Notes: a model not told the origin generated them from the letters alone. DNA of 64,000 bases from Alphaproteobacteria bacterium (GCA_016124645.1 WGNE01000005.1:6103-70102); one strand, 5' to 3'; shown: positions 45,976-55,503, counted from the first letter of the stretch. Numbers and translations: made by a program.

Positions 45976-47304
45976 ATGTTTCACGGAAAGACAAGAGTTC
46001 AACCATTGCGCCCCGCCTCGCCGCGTCCTAAGCCGGCGGCCAAGCCGGGCGCGCCGGAAAAATGCGGCTGCGGTTATCCGATCGACGAATGCGTTTCCGC
46101 GCCGAAATCCTCCAAAAAGCCGAAGCCGTCGCAGGAAAAACCGGCTCACCCGCAAAGAAAGACCGTCGCCGCCTCGGGCGAGATGATGGCCCTGATCGCG
46201 CAGGGCGACGTGAAAAAGCTGCGCGCGCATCTCGAGGAAAGCTTCTGGAAGGGCGCGCCCGAACAGCCCGTCTGGGACCACTTGCTGGAAGCCCTGAAGA
46301 CCGGCAAGCGCGAGATGGTCCGGCTGCTCGTCACCTATGACGCGCGCCCGACCGCGCAGGATCTGGAAGCCCTGAAGGCGCAAGCGGGCGAGGCCTATCC
46401 GCAATACCTGCGCCTGCTGCGGCAGGGCGGCCTGCCCACGTCCCTTGCCGCTTTCGAGGAATACGCCCGCCAGATCGAGGCAGGCAAGGAGGCTGCGGAA
46501 AAAGCGGCTTCTGAAAGAAAGCTTCGCGAGCAGGAAGAAGCCGTCGCGCGCGCCGCAGTCGAACAGTCCGTGAAAAAGGCGATGAAGATGCAGGTCGAGA
46601 GCATCCCGGCGGAATGGCGCAAGGTGCTTTTCGAAATCCAGTCCCAGAGCGCATCCGAGGCGGTCATCGCCGGCGGCGCATTGCGCGATTTGTTCAACGA
46701 CCGCCCGGTCAAGGACGTCGATATTTTCCTCAAGACCCGCGGCAGCGAGCGCAAGAACCGCAAGTTCCTGAAATCCGTCTTCAACGCCGCGGGGCTGAAG
46801 GTGCAGGAACAGGTGACGCACAACGGCGGCTACAGCATCAAGCGCAACGCCTTTCCCGATCCCGGCACGCAGAAGTTCAAGGTCGTGTCCGGCAGCGGCT
46901 ATGGCCGCATGGAAAGCGAGACGCGCGCGGAAAGCTGGAAGGTCATCGCGGGACCGGAAAAGACCGAATACAACGTCGTCTTCATGTCCGAAGAATTCGC
47001 CGCGCGGGTCAACCCGCCGGGCAGCAAGGGGCCGGGCACGATGAAAGGGATTATCGAGGCCTTCGATTTCGGCCTCTGCCAGATCGCCACCGACGGCGAG
47101 AGCATCGCGGAGACGCCGCTCTACAAAAAGGATGTCGCGGAAAAGACCATCACGCTCGACAAGGGCAATTCCTCATCGAAAGAGCATTTGCAGCGCATCG
47201 TGAAGAAATACCCGGACTGGAAGCTGGACGAAGGCGCGAAAAAAATGCTGGCTTATGAACCGCCGAAGCCGCGCCGCCCCATGGGCATCCGCGTCTGGTA
47301 CTGA
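45976..47304 (+). CDS. Ankyrin-like domain fused to a class II (CCA/poly(A) polymerase head-like) nucleotidyltransferase
   Basis: VIAGGALRDLFNDRPVKDVDIF (GGxxRD..DxD), FDFGLCQIA, RIVKKYP. Confidence 0.75.
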   Translation: MFHGKTRVQPLRPASPRPKPAAKPGAPEKCGCGYPIDECVSAPKSSKKPKPSQEKPAHPQRKTVAASGEMMALIAQGDVKKLRAHLEESFWKGAPEQPVWDHLLEALKTGKREMVRLLVTYDARPTAQDLEALKAQAGEAYPQYLRLLRQGGLPTSLAAFEEYARQIEAGKEAAEKAASERKLREQEEAVARAAVEQSVKKAMKMQVESIPAEWRKVLFEIQSQSASEAVIAGGALRDLFNDRPVKDVDIFLKTRGSERKNRKFLKSVFNAAGLKVQEQVTHNGGYSIKRNAFPDPGTQKFKVVSGSGYGRMESETRAESWKVIAGPEKTEYNVVFMSEEFAARVNPPGSKGPGTMKGIIEAFDFGLCQIATDGESIAETPLYKKDVAEKTITLDKGNSSSKEHLQRIVKKYPDWKLDEGAKKMLAYEPPKPRRPMGIRVWY

Positions 47305-47436
47305 TCTTATTGATTTTTCATCATTTTTATTGCCCGCCCGCCGATGTTTCGCGCCGGAGCCCCGAATTGACTTCTGCGCCCGAGTTTGTGATAACAAACC
47401 AGTGAAAAATACGGACTTTTATGCAAAGGCGGAAAG

Positions 47437-48210
47437 ATGAAAGCGGTCATACTGGCAGGAGGGTTCGGCACCCGCATCAGCGAGGAATCGCACCTCAGGC
47501 CCAAGCCGATGATCGAGATCGGCGGCAAGCCCATTCTCTGGCACATCATGAAAATGTACTCGCATTACGGGGTGAACGACTTCATCATCTGCTGCGGCTA
47601 CAAAGGCTATGTCATCAAGGAATATTTCGCCAACTATTTCCTGCACATGTCCGATGTCACCTTCGACATGCAAAAGAACAGCATGGAAGTCCACCAGCAG
47701 CAGGTCGAGCCCTGGCGCGTCACCCTCGTCGATACCGGCGGGGAGAGCATGACGGGCGGGCGCCTGCGTCGCGTGCGCGACTACATCGGGGATGAAACCT
47801 TCTGCTTCACCTACGGCGACGGCGTGTCGGACATCTGCATCGACGAACTCATCGACTTCCACAAGAAATCCGGCCGCAAGGCGACGGTCACGGCCATCCA
47901 GCCTCCCGGCCGCTACGGCGTGCTGAAAGTGGAGGACGCGGGCGACGTTTCCTCCTTCAAGGAAAAACCAGCGGCGGAAGGGGCGTGGATCAACGGCGGC
48001 TTCTTCGTGCTGGAACCTTCGGTCATCGACCATATCGAGGGCGACGCCACCCAGTGGGAAGCGGGGCCGATGCAGGCGCTGGTGGAAGGCGGCGAGCTCA
48101 ACGCCTACCGCCACGAAGGTTTCTGGCAGGCGATGGACACGCTGCGCGAAAAGAACATCCTCGAAAAAATGTGGGCGGACAACGAAGCGCCGTGGAAGGT
48201 CTGGGCATGA
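47437..48210 (+). CDS. rfbF: Glucose-1-phosphate cytidylyltransferase
   Basis: [50 protein letters not shown]. Confidence 0.95.
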   Translation: MKAVILAGGFGTRISEESHLRPKPMIEIGGKPILWHIMKMYSHYGVNDFIICCGYKGYVIKEYFANYFLHMSDVTFDMQKNSMEVHQQQVEPWRVTLVDTGGESMTGGRLRRVRDYIGDETFCFTYGDGVSDICIDELIDFHKKSGRKATVTAIQPPGRYGVLKVEDAGDVSSFKEKPAAEGAWINGGFFVLEPSVIDHIEGDATQWEAGPMQALVEGGELNAYRHEGFWQAMDTLREKNILEKMWADNEAPWKVWA

Positions 48211-49313
48211 CGCAGTTTTCCGGCATCTATAAAGGCCGCCGCGTCTTCCTGACCGGCCATACGGGTTTCAAGGGCAGCTGGCTTGCCCGCTGGCTCTCGC
48301 AGATGGGCGCGGAGGTGACGGGGCTCGCCCTGCCGCCGGAAACGACGCCGAACCATTTCGACCTTTTGAAGCCCGGCGTGAAGGACATCCGCAAAGACAT
48401 CCGCGACGCCGAGGCCGTGGCCGACGCCGTGAAGGAGGCGCAGCCGGAAATCGTCTTTCACCTTGCCGCCCAGCCGCTGGTGCGCCGTTCCTACCGCGAC
48501 CCGCTGGAAACATGGGCGACCAACGTCATGGGCACGGCGAACGTGCTGGACGCCTGCCGCAAAATTGATTCCGTACGCGCCATCGTCGTCGTCACCACCG
48601 ACAAATGCTACGAGAACAAGGAATGGGTCTGGGGCTACCGCGAGAACGACCGCCTCGGCGGGCACGACCCCTATAGCGCGTCCAAGGCGGGCGTGGAGCT
48701 GGTGGCGGCGAGTTTCAGGAAGTCCTATTTCAGCGAGGAAGGCGCGCCGCTGCTCGCCACCGCGCGGGCGGGCAACGTCATCGGCGGCGGCGACTGGTCG
48801 GAAGACCGGCTCATCCCCGATCTCGCGCGCGCCGTTGCGAACAAGCAGCCGCTCGTCATCCGCTCGCCCAAGGCGACGCGCCCGTGGCAGCATGTGCTGG
48901 AGCCGCTCTCGGGCTATCTCCTGCTTGGCCAGAAACTGCTGGAGGGAGACAAAAAAGCCGCGACCGCATGGAACTTCGGCCCCGACGATGCGGGCAACCA
49001 GAGCGTCGAGACCGTGCTGAACAAGATCAAGTCCTTCTGGCCCGCCTTCGACTGGCAGCTGGACGGCGCGCCGCAGCCGCATGAGGCGACGCTTTTGCAC
49101 CTCGACAGCACCCTCGCGCGCCAGCAACTCGGCTGGGCGCCCGTCTGGGATCTCGACGAGTGCCTGAAGGCGACCGCGGGCTGGTACCGCGCCTCGATCG
49201 AGGAGGGCAAGCTGCTGACCGATGCGCAGTTGAAGGAATACGCCGCGGCCGCGCAGGCGGCGGGCATGGGCTGGGCCGGTGCGGGCGACGCCGCCATCCG
49301 GGCCGTTTCATGA
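48207..49313 (+). CDS. rfbG: CDP-glucose 4,6-dehydratase
   Basis: [43 protein letters not shown]. Confidence 0.95.
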   Translation: MTQFSGIYKGRRVFLTGHTGFKGSWLARWLSQMGAEVTGLALPPETTPNHFDLLKPGVKDIRKDIRDAEAVADAVKEAQPEIVFHLAAQPLVRRSYRDPLETWATNVMGTANVLDACRKIDSVRAIVVVTTDKCYENKEWVWGYRENDRLGGHDPYSASKAGVELVAASFRKSYFSEEGAPLLATARAGNVIGGGDWSEDRLIPDLARAVANKQPLVIRSPKATRPWQHVLEPLSGYLLLGQKLLEGDKKAATAWNFGPDDAGNQSVETVLNKIKSFWPAFDWQLDGAPQPHEATLLHLDSTLARQQLGWAPVWDLDECLKATAGWYRASIEEGKLLTDAQLKEYAAAAQAAGMGWAGAGDAAIRAVS

Positions 49314-49861
49314 AAATCACCGCGACCGGCATTGCGGGCGTGAATATCGTCGAGACCGCGCCTTTCAGCGACCATCGCGGCGCTTTCGCGCGGTTCTTCT
49401 GCGCCCGCGAACTGGCGGAGATTCTGGGCGCGCGGCAAATCGTGCAGATCAACCATTCGCGCACGGCGCAAAAAGGCGCGCTGCGCGGGCTGCATTACCA
49501 GCGCCCGCCCCATGCGGAAATGAAGATGGTGCGCTGCCTGAAAGGGCGCGTGCTGGATATCGCCGTCGATCTGCGCGAAGGCTCGCCCACGTTTTTGCAG
49601 CACCACGCGCAGGAGCTTTCGCCGGAGAGCGCACGGATGCTCGTCATCCCCGAGGGCTGCGCCCACGGCTTTCAGGTGCTGGAGGAAGACAGCGAGTTGC
49701 TCTACCTGCATACCGCTTTTTACGAGAAGGCCTCGGAGGGCGGGCTGCGTCACGACGATCCCGCCCTCGGCATCGACTGGCCGCTGGCGGTGACGGATAT
49801 TTCCGAGCGCGACCGCGCTCATGCTTTACTGACAGATGATTTCAAGGGAATGAAGATATGA
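49310..49861 (+). CDS. rfbC: NDP-4-keto-6-deoxyhexose 3,5-epimerase (RmlC/RfbC family)
   Basis: DHRGAF, LRGLHYQ, AVDLR..SPTF, IPEGCAHGFQ. Confidence 0.9.
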   Translation: MKITATGIAGVNIVETAPFSDHRGAFARFFCARELAEILGARQIVQINHSRTAQKGALRGLHYQRPPHAEMKMVRCLKGRVLDIAVDLREGSPTFLQHHAQELSPESARMLVIPEGCAHGFQVLEEDSELLYLHTAFYEKASEGGLRHDDPALGIDWPLAVTDISERDRAHALLTDDFKGMKI

Positions 49862-51084
49862 AATGCCGCCATTGCCACGCCGCGCTGGAACATGTTTTCC
49901 TCGACCTCGGCTTCGCGCCGCCGTCGAACGATTACCTGAACCCCGAAGACTTGCAGGCGCCGGAAACATTTTTCCCGCTCAAGCTTTTCGTCTGCGGCGA
50001 ATGCTGGCTGGTGCAGACGCAGGATTTCTCCCGCGCGGACGAATTGTTCCGGCACGATTACGCCTATTTCTCCTCCACCTCCAGCGGCTGGCTCGCCCAT
50101 GCGAAGGCCTATTCGCAAATGGTGACGGAGCGCTTCGGCCTTGGCGCGGACAGTTTTGTCGTCGAGGTCGCCTCCAACGACGGCTACCTCCTGAAGAACT
50201 TCGTGGAAGCGAAAATACCCTGCCTCGGCATCGAGCCCACGGGTGGCACGGCGGAAGCGGCGCGCAAGCTGGGCATTCCCGTCATGCAGGAATTCTTCGG
50301 CGAGAAGCTGGGCGCGCAATTGGCCGCCGAGGGAAAACAGGCCGACCTCATCGCCGGCAACAACGTCTATGCCCATGTGCCGGACATCAACGATTTCACC
50401 CGGGGGCTGAAGGCCGCGCTGAAGCCCGCGGGCACGGTCACGCTTGAATTCCCGCACCTCATGCAGCTCATCGCGCACAACCAGTTCGACACGGTGTATC
50501 ACGAGCATTATTCCTACCTCTCGCTCTTCACCGTGCAGAAGATTTTCGCCGCGGCGGGGCTGCGCGTCTGCGACGTCGAGCAATTGCCGACCCACGGCGG
50601 CAGCCTGCGCGTCTATGGCTGCCACGAACAGGACAACCGCGAAACCGCCCCCGCCGTGGCCGACGCGCTGGCGGCGGAGGAAGCGGCGGGGCTGCGCGAC
50701 GTTGCGACTTATCTTTCCTTCCAGCCGCGCGCGGACAAGGTGAAGAACGACCTGCTGGCATTCCTCGTCGAGCAAAAGCGCGCGGGCAAGAAGGTCGCCG
50801 CCTATGGCGCGGCGGCGAAAGGCAACACGCTGCTCAACTATGCGGGCGTAAAGCCGGACCTGCTGCCTTTCGTCTGCGATGCCGCGCCTTCCAAGCAGGG
50901 CAAATACATGCCCGGAAGCCATATCCCCATTTTGCCGCCCGCCGCGCTGGCGGAGAAAAAGCCGGACATCATCCTCATCCTGCCGTGGAACATCGCGGCG
51001 GAGGTCGAAAAGCAGCAGCGCGAAACCGTGCAGGCATGGGGCGGCAAATTCGCCGTCGCGGTGCCGGAAATGAAAATTTTATAA
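49858..51084 (+). CDS. NDP-hexose C-methyltransferase (class I SAM, Zn-binding)
   Basis: CRHC..C.EC Zn site, EVASNDG, NNVYAH, YHEHYSY, THGGSLR, YGAAAKGNT. Confidence 0.88.
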   Translation: MKCRHCHAALEHVFLDLGFAPPSNDYLNPEDLQAPETFFPLKLFVCGECWLVQTQDFSRADELFRHDYAYFSSTSSGWLAHAKAYSQMVTERFGLGADSFVVEVASNDGYLLKNFVEAKIPCLGIEPTGGTAEAARKLGIPVMQEFFGEKLGAQLAAEGKQADLIAGNNVYAHVPDINDFTRGLKAALKPAGTVTLEFPHLMQLIAHNQFDTVYHEHYSYLSLFTVQKIFAAAGLRVCDVEQLPTHGGSLRVYGCHEQDNRETAPAVADALAAEEAAGLRDVATYLSFQPRADKVKNDLLAFLVEQKRAGKKVAAYGAAAKGNTLLNYAGVKPDLLPFVCDAAPSKQGKYMPGSHIPILPPAALAEKKPDIILILPWNIAAEVEKQQRETVQAWGGKFAVAVPEMKIL

Positions 51085-51100
51085 GATGAAGATTTTATAA
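51070..51100 (+). repeat. Tandem duplication of the methyltransferase 3' end, creating an MKIL minigene
   Basis: ATGAAAATTTTATAA g ATGAAGATTTTATAA c ATG. Confidence 0.8.
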
Positions 51101-51101
51101 C

Positions 51102-51980
51102 ATGCACCTCATCGTCACCGGAGCGACGGGATTCATCGGCCGCGCCGTGGTGCGCGCGGCGCTTTCGCGCGGGCATGAGGTCACCGCGCTGGTGCGCGAC
51201 ATGGACAAGGGCCGCGCCCTGCTGCCCGAGGAAGACAAGGCGCTGACCCTGAGCCCCTGCGCGGATTTGCAGGAAGCCGAGCCGGACAAGCTGAAGCGCG
51301 AAGACGACAGGCTCATCCACCTCGCATGGGCGGAGGTCGGCAAATACACCGACCCGCAAAACCTGCTCGCCAACCTCGGCCCGCAATTTCATTTCCTGAA
51401 AAGAATGGCGACGGCGGGCGTCACGCATCAGGTCGTCGCCGGTTCCTGTCTCGAATACGGCAAGGTCGAGGGTGCGCTTGCCGAAGACGCCGCGCCCGCG
51501 CCGGTCACTTACTACGGCCTTGCGAAGGCGACGCTGCACGACATGCTGAAGCTGCTGGAAGCGGGCGGGCAGGAACTGGAGCTCAGCTGGCTGCGCTGCT
51601 TTTACGTCTATGGCCCCGGCCAGCGCGCGCAGGCCTTGCTGCCGCAGCTCTACGCCGCCATCGAACGCGGGGATGAAACGTTCAATATGTCGCCCGGCGA
51701 CCAGTCGCGCGATTTCATTCATGTCGAAACCCTCGCCCATAACATGGTGGCGGCGGCCGAGCAGCCCCGGGGCCTCGGCACGCTCAACATGGGCAGCGGG
51801 CGCGCCCTGCCGGTGCTGGATCTCGTCAAGGCGGCCGTCGCCGCGAAGGGCGCGAAAATCTCTTTGAATACAGGCTATTACGACTACCCCGGCTACGAGC
51901 CCTTTTCCTTCCGCGCCGATGTCGCGAAGCTGAAAACCATCCCCGGGATGCGCATTGACGAAGGGCCTGTGCTGCCGTAA
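51102..51980 (+). CDS. NAD-dependent epimerase/dehydratase (probable NDP-sugar 4-reductase)
   Basis: TGATGFIG, GSCLEYG, YGLAK, YVYGPGQ, RDFIHV. Confidence 0.88.
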   Translation: MHLIVTGATGFIGRAVVRAALSRGHEVTALVRDMDKGRALLPEEDKALTLSPCADLQEAEPDKLKREDDRLIHLAWAEVGKYTDPQNLLANLGPQFHFLKRMATAGVTHQVVAGSCLEYGKVEGALAEDAAPAPVTYYGLAKATLHDMLKLLEAGGQELELSWLRCFYVYGPGQRAQALLPQLYAAIERGDETFNMSPGDQSRDFIHVETLAHNMVAAAEQPRGLGTLNMGSGRALPVLDLVKAAVAAKGAKISLNTGYYDYPGYEPFSFRADVAKLKTIPGMRIDEGPVLP

Positions 51981-52036
51981 TGATGATGGTGTCATTCAAG
52001 CGCATCGCAGCCCTGATAATCAAAGGATAACGAAGC

Positions 52037-52864
52037 ATGTCAGCACAGAACCTCAACCCCGTCGCCGCCTTCGAGCAGGAACGCGAAGACCGCATCCTTT
52101 CCCACCGCGAAGACAAGGAATGGCGCGCGCTGTCGAACGACTGGATGCGCCATGCCGCGCAAAAGCATTACATGTACAATTTTTCCTTCCTGGGCCGCCC
52201 CATCATCCAGCTGCCGCAGGACATGGTGGCCTTTCAGGAAATCGTCTGGGACGTGAAGCCGGACCTCATTATCGAGATGGGCATCGCGCACGGCGGGTCG
52301 CTCATCATGAGCGCGGGGATGCTGGCGCTGCTGGACTACTGCGACGCCGTGGCGGCGGGCAAGCCGCTCGACCCCAAGGCGCCGGGGCGCAAGGTCATCG
52401 GCGTCGATATCGACATCCGCGCCCATAACCGCGCCGAGATCGAGGCGCACCCCATGGCGCACAAGATCGAGATGGTGCAGGGCTCCTCCATCGACGCAGA
52501 AATCATCGCGAAGGTGAAGGAGATGGCGAAAGGCTACAAACGCGTCCTCGTCTCCCTCGATTCAAACCACACGCACGACCATGTGCTGGCGGAGCTGCAG
52601 GCCTATGCGCCCCTGACCAGCAAGGGAAGCTATTGCATCGTCTTCGACACCATCGTGGAAGACCTGCCCGACGGGCTTTATCCCAACCGCCCGTGGAGCC
52701 GGGGCAACAACCCGAAAACCGCCGTGCATGAATACCTGAAGTCGCTGAAGGAAAACCCGCAAAAGGGTGAGGACGGCCAGACGCTCGACTTTTCCATCGA
52801 CAGCGCCATCGACGAAAAGCTGCTGCTGACGGTGACGCCGGACGGGTTTTTGAAGAGGGTTTAA
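52037..52864 (+). CDS. CmcI/cephalosporin hydroxylase-family protein (sugar O-methyltransferase-like)
   Basis: LGRPIIQLPQD, IIEMGIAHGGS, LDSNHTHDHV, DTIVED. Confidence 0.85.
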   Translation: MSAQNLNPVAAFEQEREDRILSHREDKEWRALSNDWMRHAAQKHYMYNFSFLGRPIIQLPQDMVAFQEIVWDVKPDLIIEMGIAHGGSLIMSAGMLALLDYCDAVAAGKPLDPKAPGRKVIGVDIDIRAHNRAEIEAHPMAHKIEMVQGSSIDAEIIAKVKEMAKGYKRVLVSLDSNHTHDHVLAELQAYAPLTSKGSYCIVFDTIVEDLPDGLYPNRPWSRGNNPKTAVHEYLKSLKENPQKGEDGQTLDFSIDSAIDEKLLLTVTPDGFLKRV

Positions 52865-53673
52865 CGCTTCTTTTCCGGTCTGGAAAAGCCACCGAGCCGT
52901 TTTTTGACGTCGCGGTCCGTTTTCCATTCGTAGAGCAACGGCAGGTATTTCTGCGCCATATCGAACAATTTGAAGGCAAGCCGGGTGGCGGGATAGACGT
53001 TTTTTTCCCAGCCGCTCAAGCGCACGGTCTTGTCGAAGCGTTCCTTGCCGATGATTGAAATGCTGTAGAACTCTGGCAGTACGGGCGAAGGGGCAAGGCC
53101 GAAGGACTTCAAGCCGGTTCTCAACGTCTGGCCCTGCATAGTATCCACGGGAAGCCAGTTTTTTTTCATTGCCGCCAGCAGCTTGCGGGCGCCGGATTGC
53201 TTCAGCATATAGCCGTAGGCGCCGCCGGGCGTGCCGGAAAGGCGGGTCAGGTGGTATGGGCCGTGGACGGGGCCCAAACGCTTGCTCTTCCGGTAGATTT
53301 TATCCCGCCCGATGAAGCGGATGAGATCCCATTCAACGGGGAGGGCGGCGAGGGCGGGCAGAACCTCGGGCAGGTCGTCCTCAAGCAGGGAATCATCTTC
53401 CAGAACGACGGCTGCGGGAATGTTTTGCTCCACAAGGTGGCTGTATATCGCGCGGTGCGAGAGCAGGCAGCCTATCTCTCCGGCGCTCATGTCCCGGCCG
53501 AAAAAAAGACGCCTTTTCCGGCCCTCGTAGTCGGGCAGGGTTGCAATGTCCAGCGTCGCGCCGTCTATGGCGTCGAAAAATTTGTAGTCAAGACCCAGCG
53601 CGTCCAGTCGCTCAGATATTTTTTCCCGGCGGTCTGTGGATTGCGCGAGACTGACGATGAAGATGGGGGGCAT
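52861..53673 (-). CDS. Glycosyltransferase family 25 (start uncertain, may extend to 53760)
   Basis: IFIVSL..DRR, FDAIDG, GEIGCLLSH, VLEDD, AYGY. Confidence 0.85.
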   Translation of the reverse strand: MPPIFIVSLAQSTDRREKISERLDALGLDYKFFDAIDGATLDIATLPDYEGRKRRLFFGRDMSAGEIGCLLSHRAIYSHLVEQNIPAAVVLEDDSLLEDDLPEVLPALAALPVEWDLIRFIGRDKIYRKSKRLGPVHGPYHLTRLSGTPGGAYGYMLKQSGARKLLAAMKKNWLPVDTMQGQTLRTGLKSFGLAPSPVLPEFYSISIIGKERFDKTVRLSGWEKNVYPATRLAFKLFDMAQKYLPLLYEWKTDRDVKKRLGGFSRPEKKR

Positions 53674-53788
53674 TCCGCCCGTGTCTTTCCTTTTTTCTTC
53701 CTCGGCGGCAGTCACCGCAGAGGCGACGGAAACGGTCAGGCTGGGAGCAAAAATGTGCATGGGCTTCGTATCCGTCGCTTGGCCTTGC

Positions 53789-54949
53789 TCAACGCGCGTG
53801 ATGAATGATTTCGTCGCTCCTTCTTGAAGCATCGTAAATCGTGTTCAGTCCGGGGTCGCCGATCACCTTCTTGTTGTTGGCTTCGCCCGTCGGGACGATC
53901 TGGCGCATGATGTTCTTGGTGATCTTGGCCGCGCGCTTTTTCACCTTCAGCCCGGCCAGCTTCTTTTTGATCTTCCCGTAGGCGATGCCGTTCTGCGCGG
54001 CGACGGCCTTGCAATATTCCAGCACGTCGTCGCGGCGCGCCTTTTCGGCATAGACGATGGAGAGGGCGAGCTGGTCTTCCATCGTGACGCCCATGCTTTC
54101 CTTCTCGAGGTGCTGGGCGCGCAGGAAGGCTTCGTAGATGATCATGGGAACGGACTGCACGACGCCGTTGCCGAGCTTGGGGTGGAACCCGATCGAGCTT
54201 TCGCTGAAAAAGTCGATTTTTTTGTGGTCCTTTTCCGTCCAGGTCATCTGCGCCTGCCCGTTGCTGTGGCGGGAGATGCCGGCCAGCGCCAGCGGGCGCC
54301 ATGAATAGAGGTAGGTGTCCGTCATCAGGCAGGCGGCGATGCCGGAATAGGCGTCCGGCGTGATGGAGTGAAAGAACGTCCCGCCCGATTTCGACTTGAT
54401 TTCCGCGATGAGGTCGGCGCGGATGAAGCCGCCCGTGTATATGTAGGGAAGCGTCTGGAAGTTTTCCTTGGCGTTGAGGACGCGCGCCAGCCATTTTTTC
54501 GTCGAGCGCATTTCCACGTCGCTGCCGAGCTGGACCGTCAGCTTGGACGCCCTGTGCTGCTCGGGGTTCGACCACCAGAACTTGCACTGGCTTGTCCCGA
54601 CGGCCTTGACGTCCTTGCCCTCGATGAGGCTGAAAAACGTGGCGACCGCATCGGGCAGCAGCCCGTCGTCGTCGCCGATGAAGGTGACCCAGTTGCCGGC
54701 GGCGTGGTTGAGCGCGAAATCCCAGTGCTCGGACATCCCGAGGCGTTCGGCGGGGCGGATGTAGCGCAGGCGGGGGTCGTCGAATGAATCGACGACGGCC
54801 TTCGTTTCGGGCCCGCTGCAGTTGTCGCTGACGATGATTTCGAGCCGGGGGTCTTTTTGCTCGGTGATCGTGCGCAGGCAGTGCAAGAGCGTATCCGGTC
54901 TTTCGCGGGTCGGGACGATGACTGTCAGCAGGTCTTTCTCTTGTTGCAT
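53789..54949 (-). CDS. Glycosyltransferase family 2
   Basis: VIVPTRER, VSDNCS, MSEHW, FIGDDD. Confidence 0.85.
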   Translation of the reverse strand: MQQEKDLLTVIVPTRERPDTLLHCLRTITEQKDPRLEIIVSDNCSGPETKAVVDSFDDPRLRYIRPAERLGMSEHWDFALNHAAGNWVTFIGDDDGLLPDAVATFFSLIEGKDVKAVGTSQCKFWWSNPEQHRASKLTVQLGSDVEMRSTKKWLARVLNAKENFQTLPYIYTGGFIRADLIAEIKSKSGGTFFHSITPDAYSGIAACLMTDTYLYSWRPLALAGISRHSNGQAQMTWTEKDHKKIDFFSESSIGFHPKLGNGVVQSVPMIIYEAFLRAQHLEKESMGVTMEDQLALSIVYAEKARRDDVLEYCKAVAAQNGIAYGKIKKKLAGLKVKKRAAKITKNIMRQIVPTGEANNKKVIGDPGLNTIYDASRRSDEIIHHAR

Positions 54950-55107
54950 GATCCGTTCTTTACAATTATCAGATTTCGCCCTAAAACTCTTGCCTGCACT
55001 ATATTTTAAAAATACGATAAAGCAAGTTGTTGCAAAAAACGCAGAAGAATCAGGTACTTTTGGGGTACATAGGGAAGACGCTGCTTGCGAAAAACGAAAA
55101 AGGCCGC

Positions 55108-55404
55108 ATGAAACCCAACAAGAAAAAACTGCAGAACGCCATCGTTCTCCTGAAACAGATGGCGCATCCCGTGCGGCTGTCCATCCTGTGCAACCTCATG
55201 CACGCGGGCGAGATGAGCGTGGCCGAGATCGTGGCGGCGGAGGGCGGGGCGGTCAGCCAGTCGCAAATCTCGCAGTTCCTGGCCGGCATGCGCGCGGACG
55301 GGCTGGTCAAGACCCGGCGCGCGGGCCAGTCCGTCTATTACAAGCTGAAATCCCCCGCCGCGGAAAAGCTGATCGAGGCGCTCTACGGCATCTATTGCGC
55401 GTAA
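55108..55404 (+). CDS. ArsR/SmtB regulator, second BigR-like paralogue
   Basis: AHPVRLSILCNL, SQSQISQFL, LYGIYCA. Confidence 0.85.
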   Translation: MKPNKKKLQNAIVLLKQMAHPVRLSILCNLMHAGEMSVAEIVAAEGGAVSQSQISQFLAGMRADGLVKTRRAGQSVYYKLKSPAAEKLIEALYGIYCA

Positions 55405-55503
55405 AATTGACATAACCGCCGCGATGTTTCCCATGTTTTCACTGCTTTCGCGCCCGCCATGCTCTATCATGGCGGGGAACCGGATTTTAAGGACCGCAGC
55501 CTC

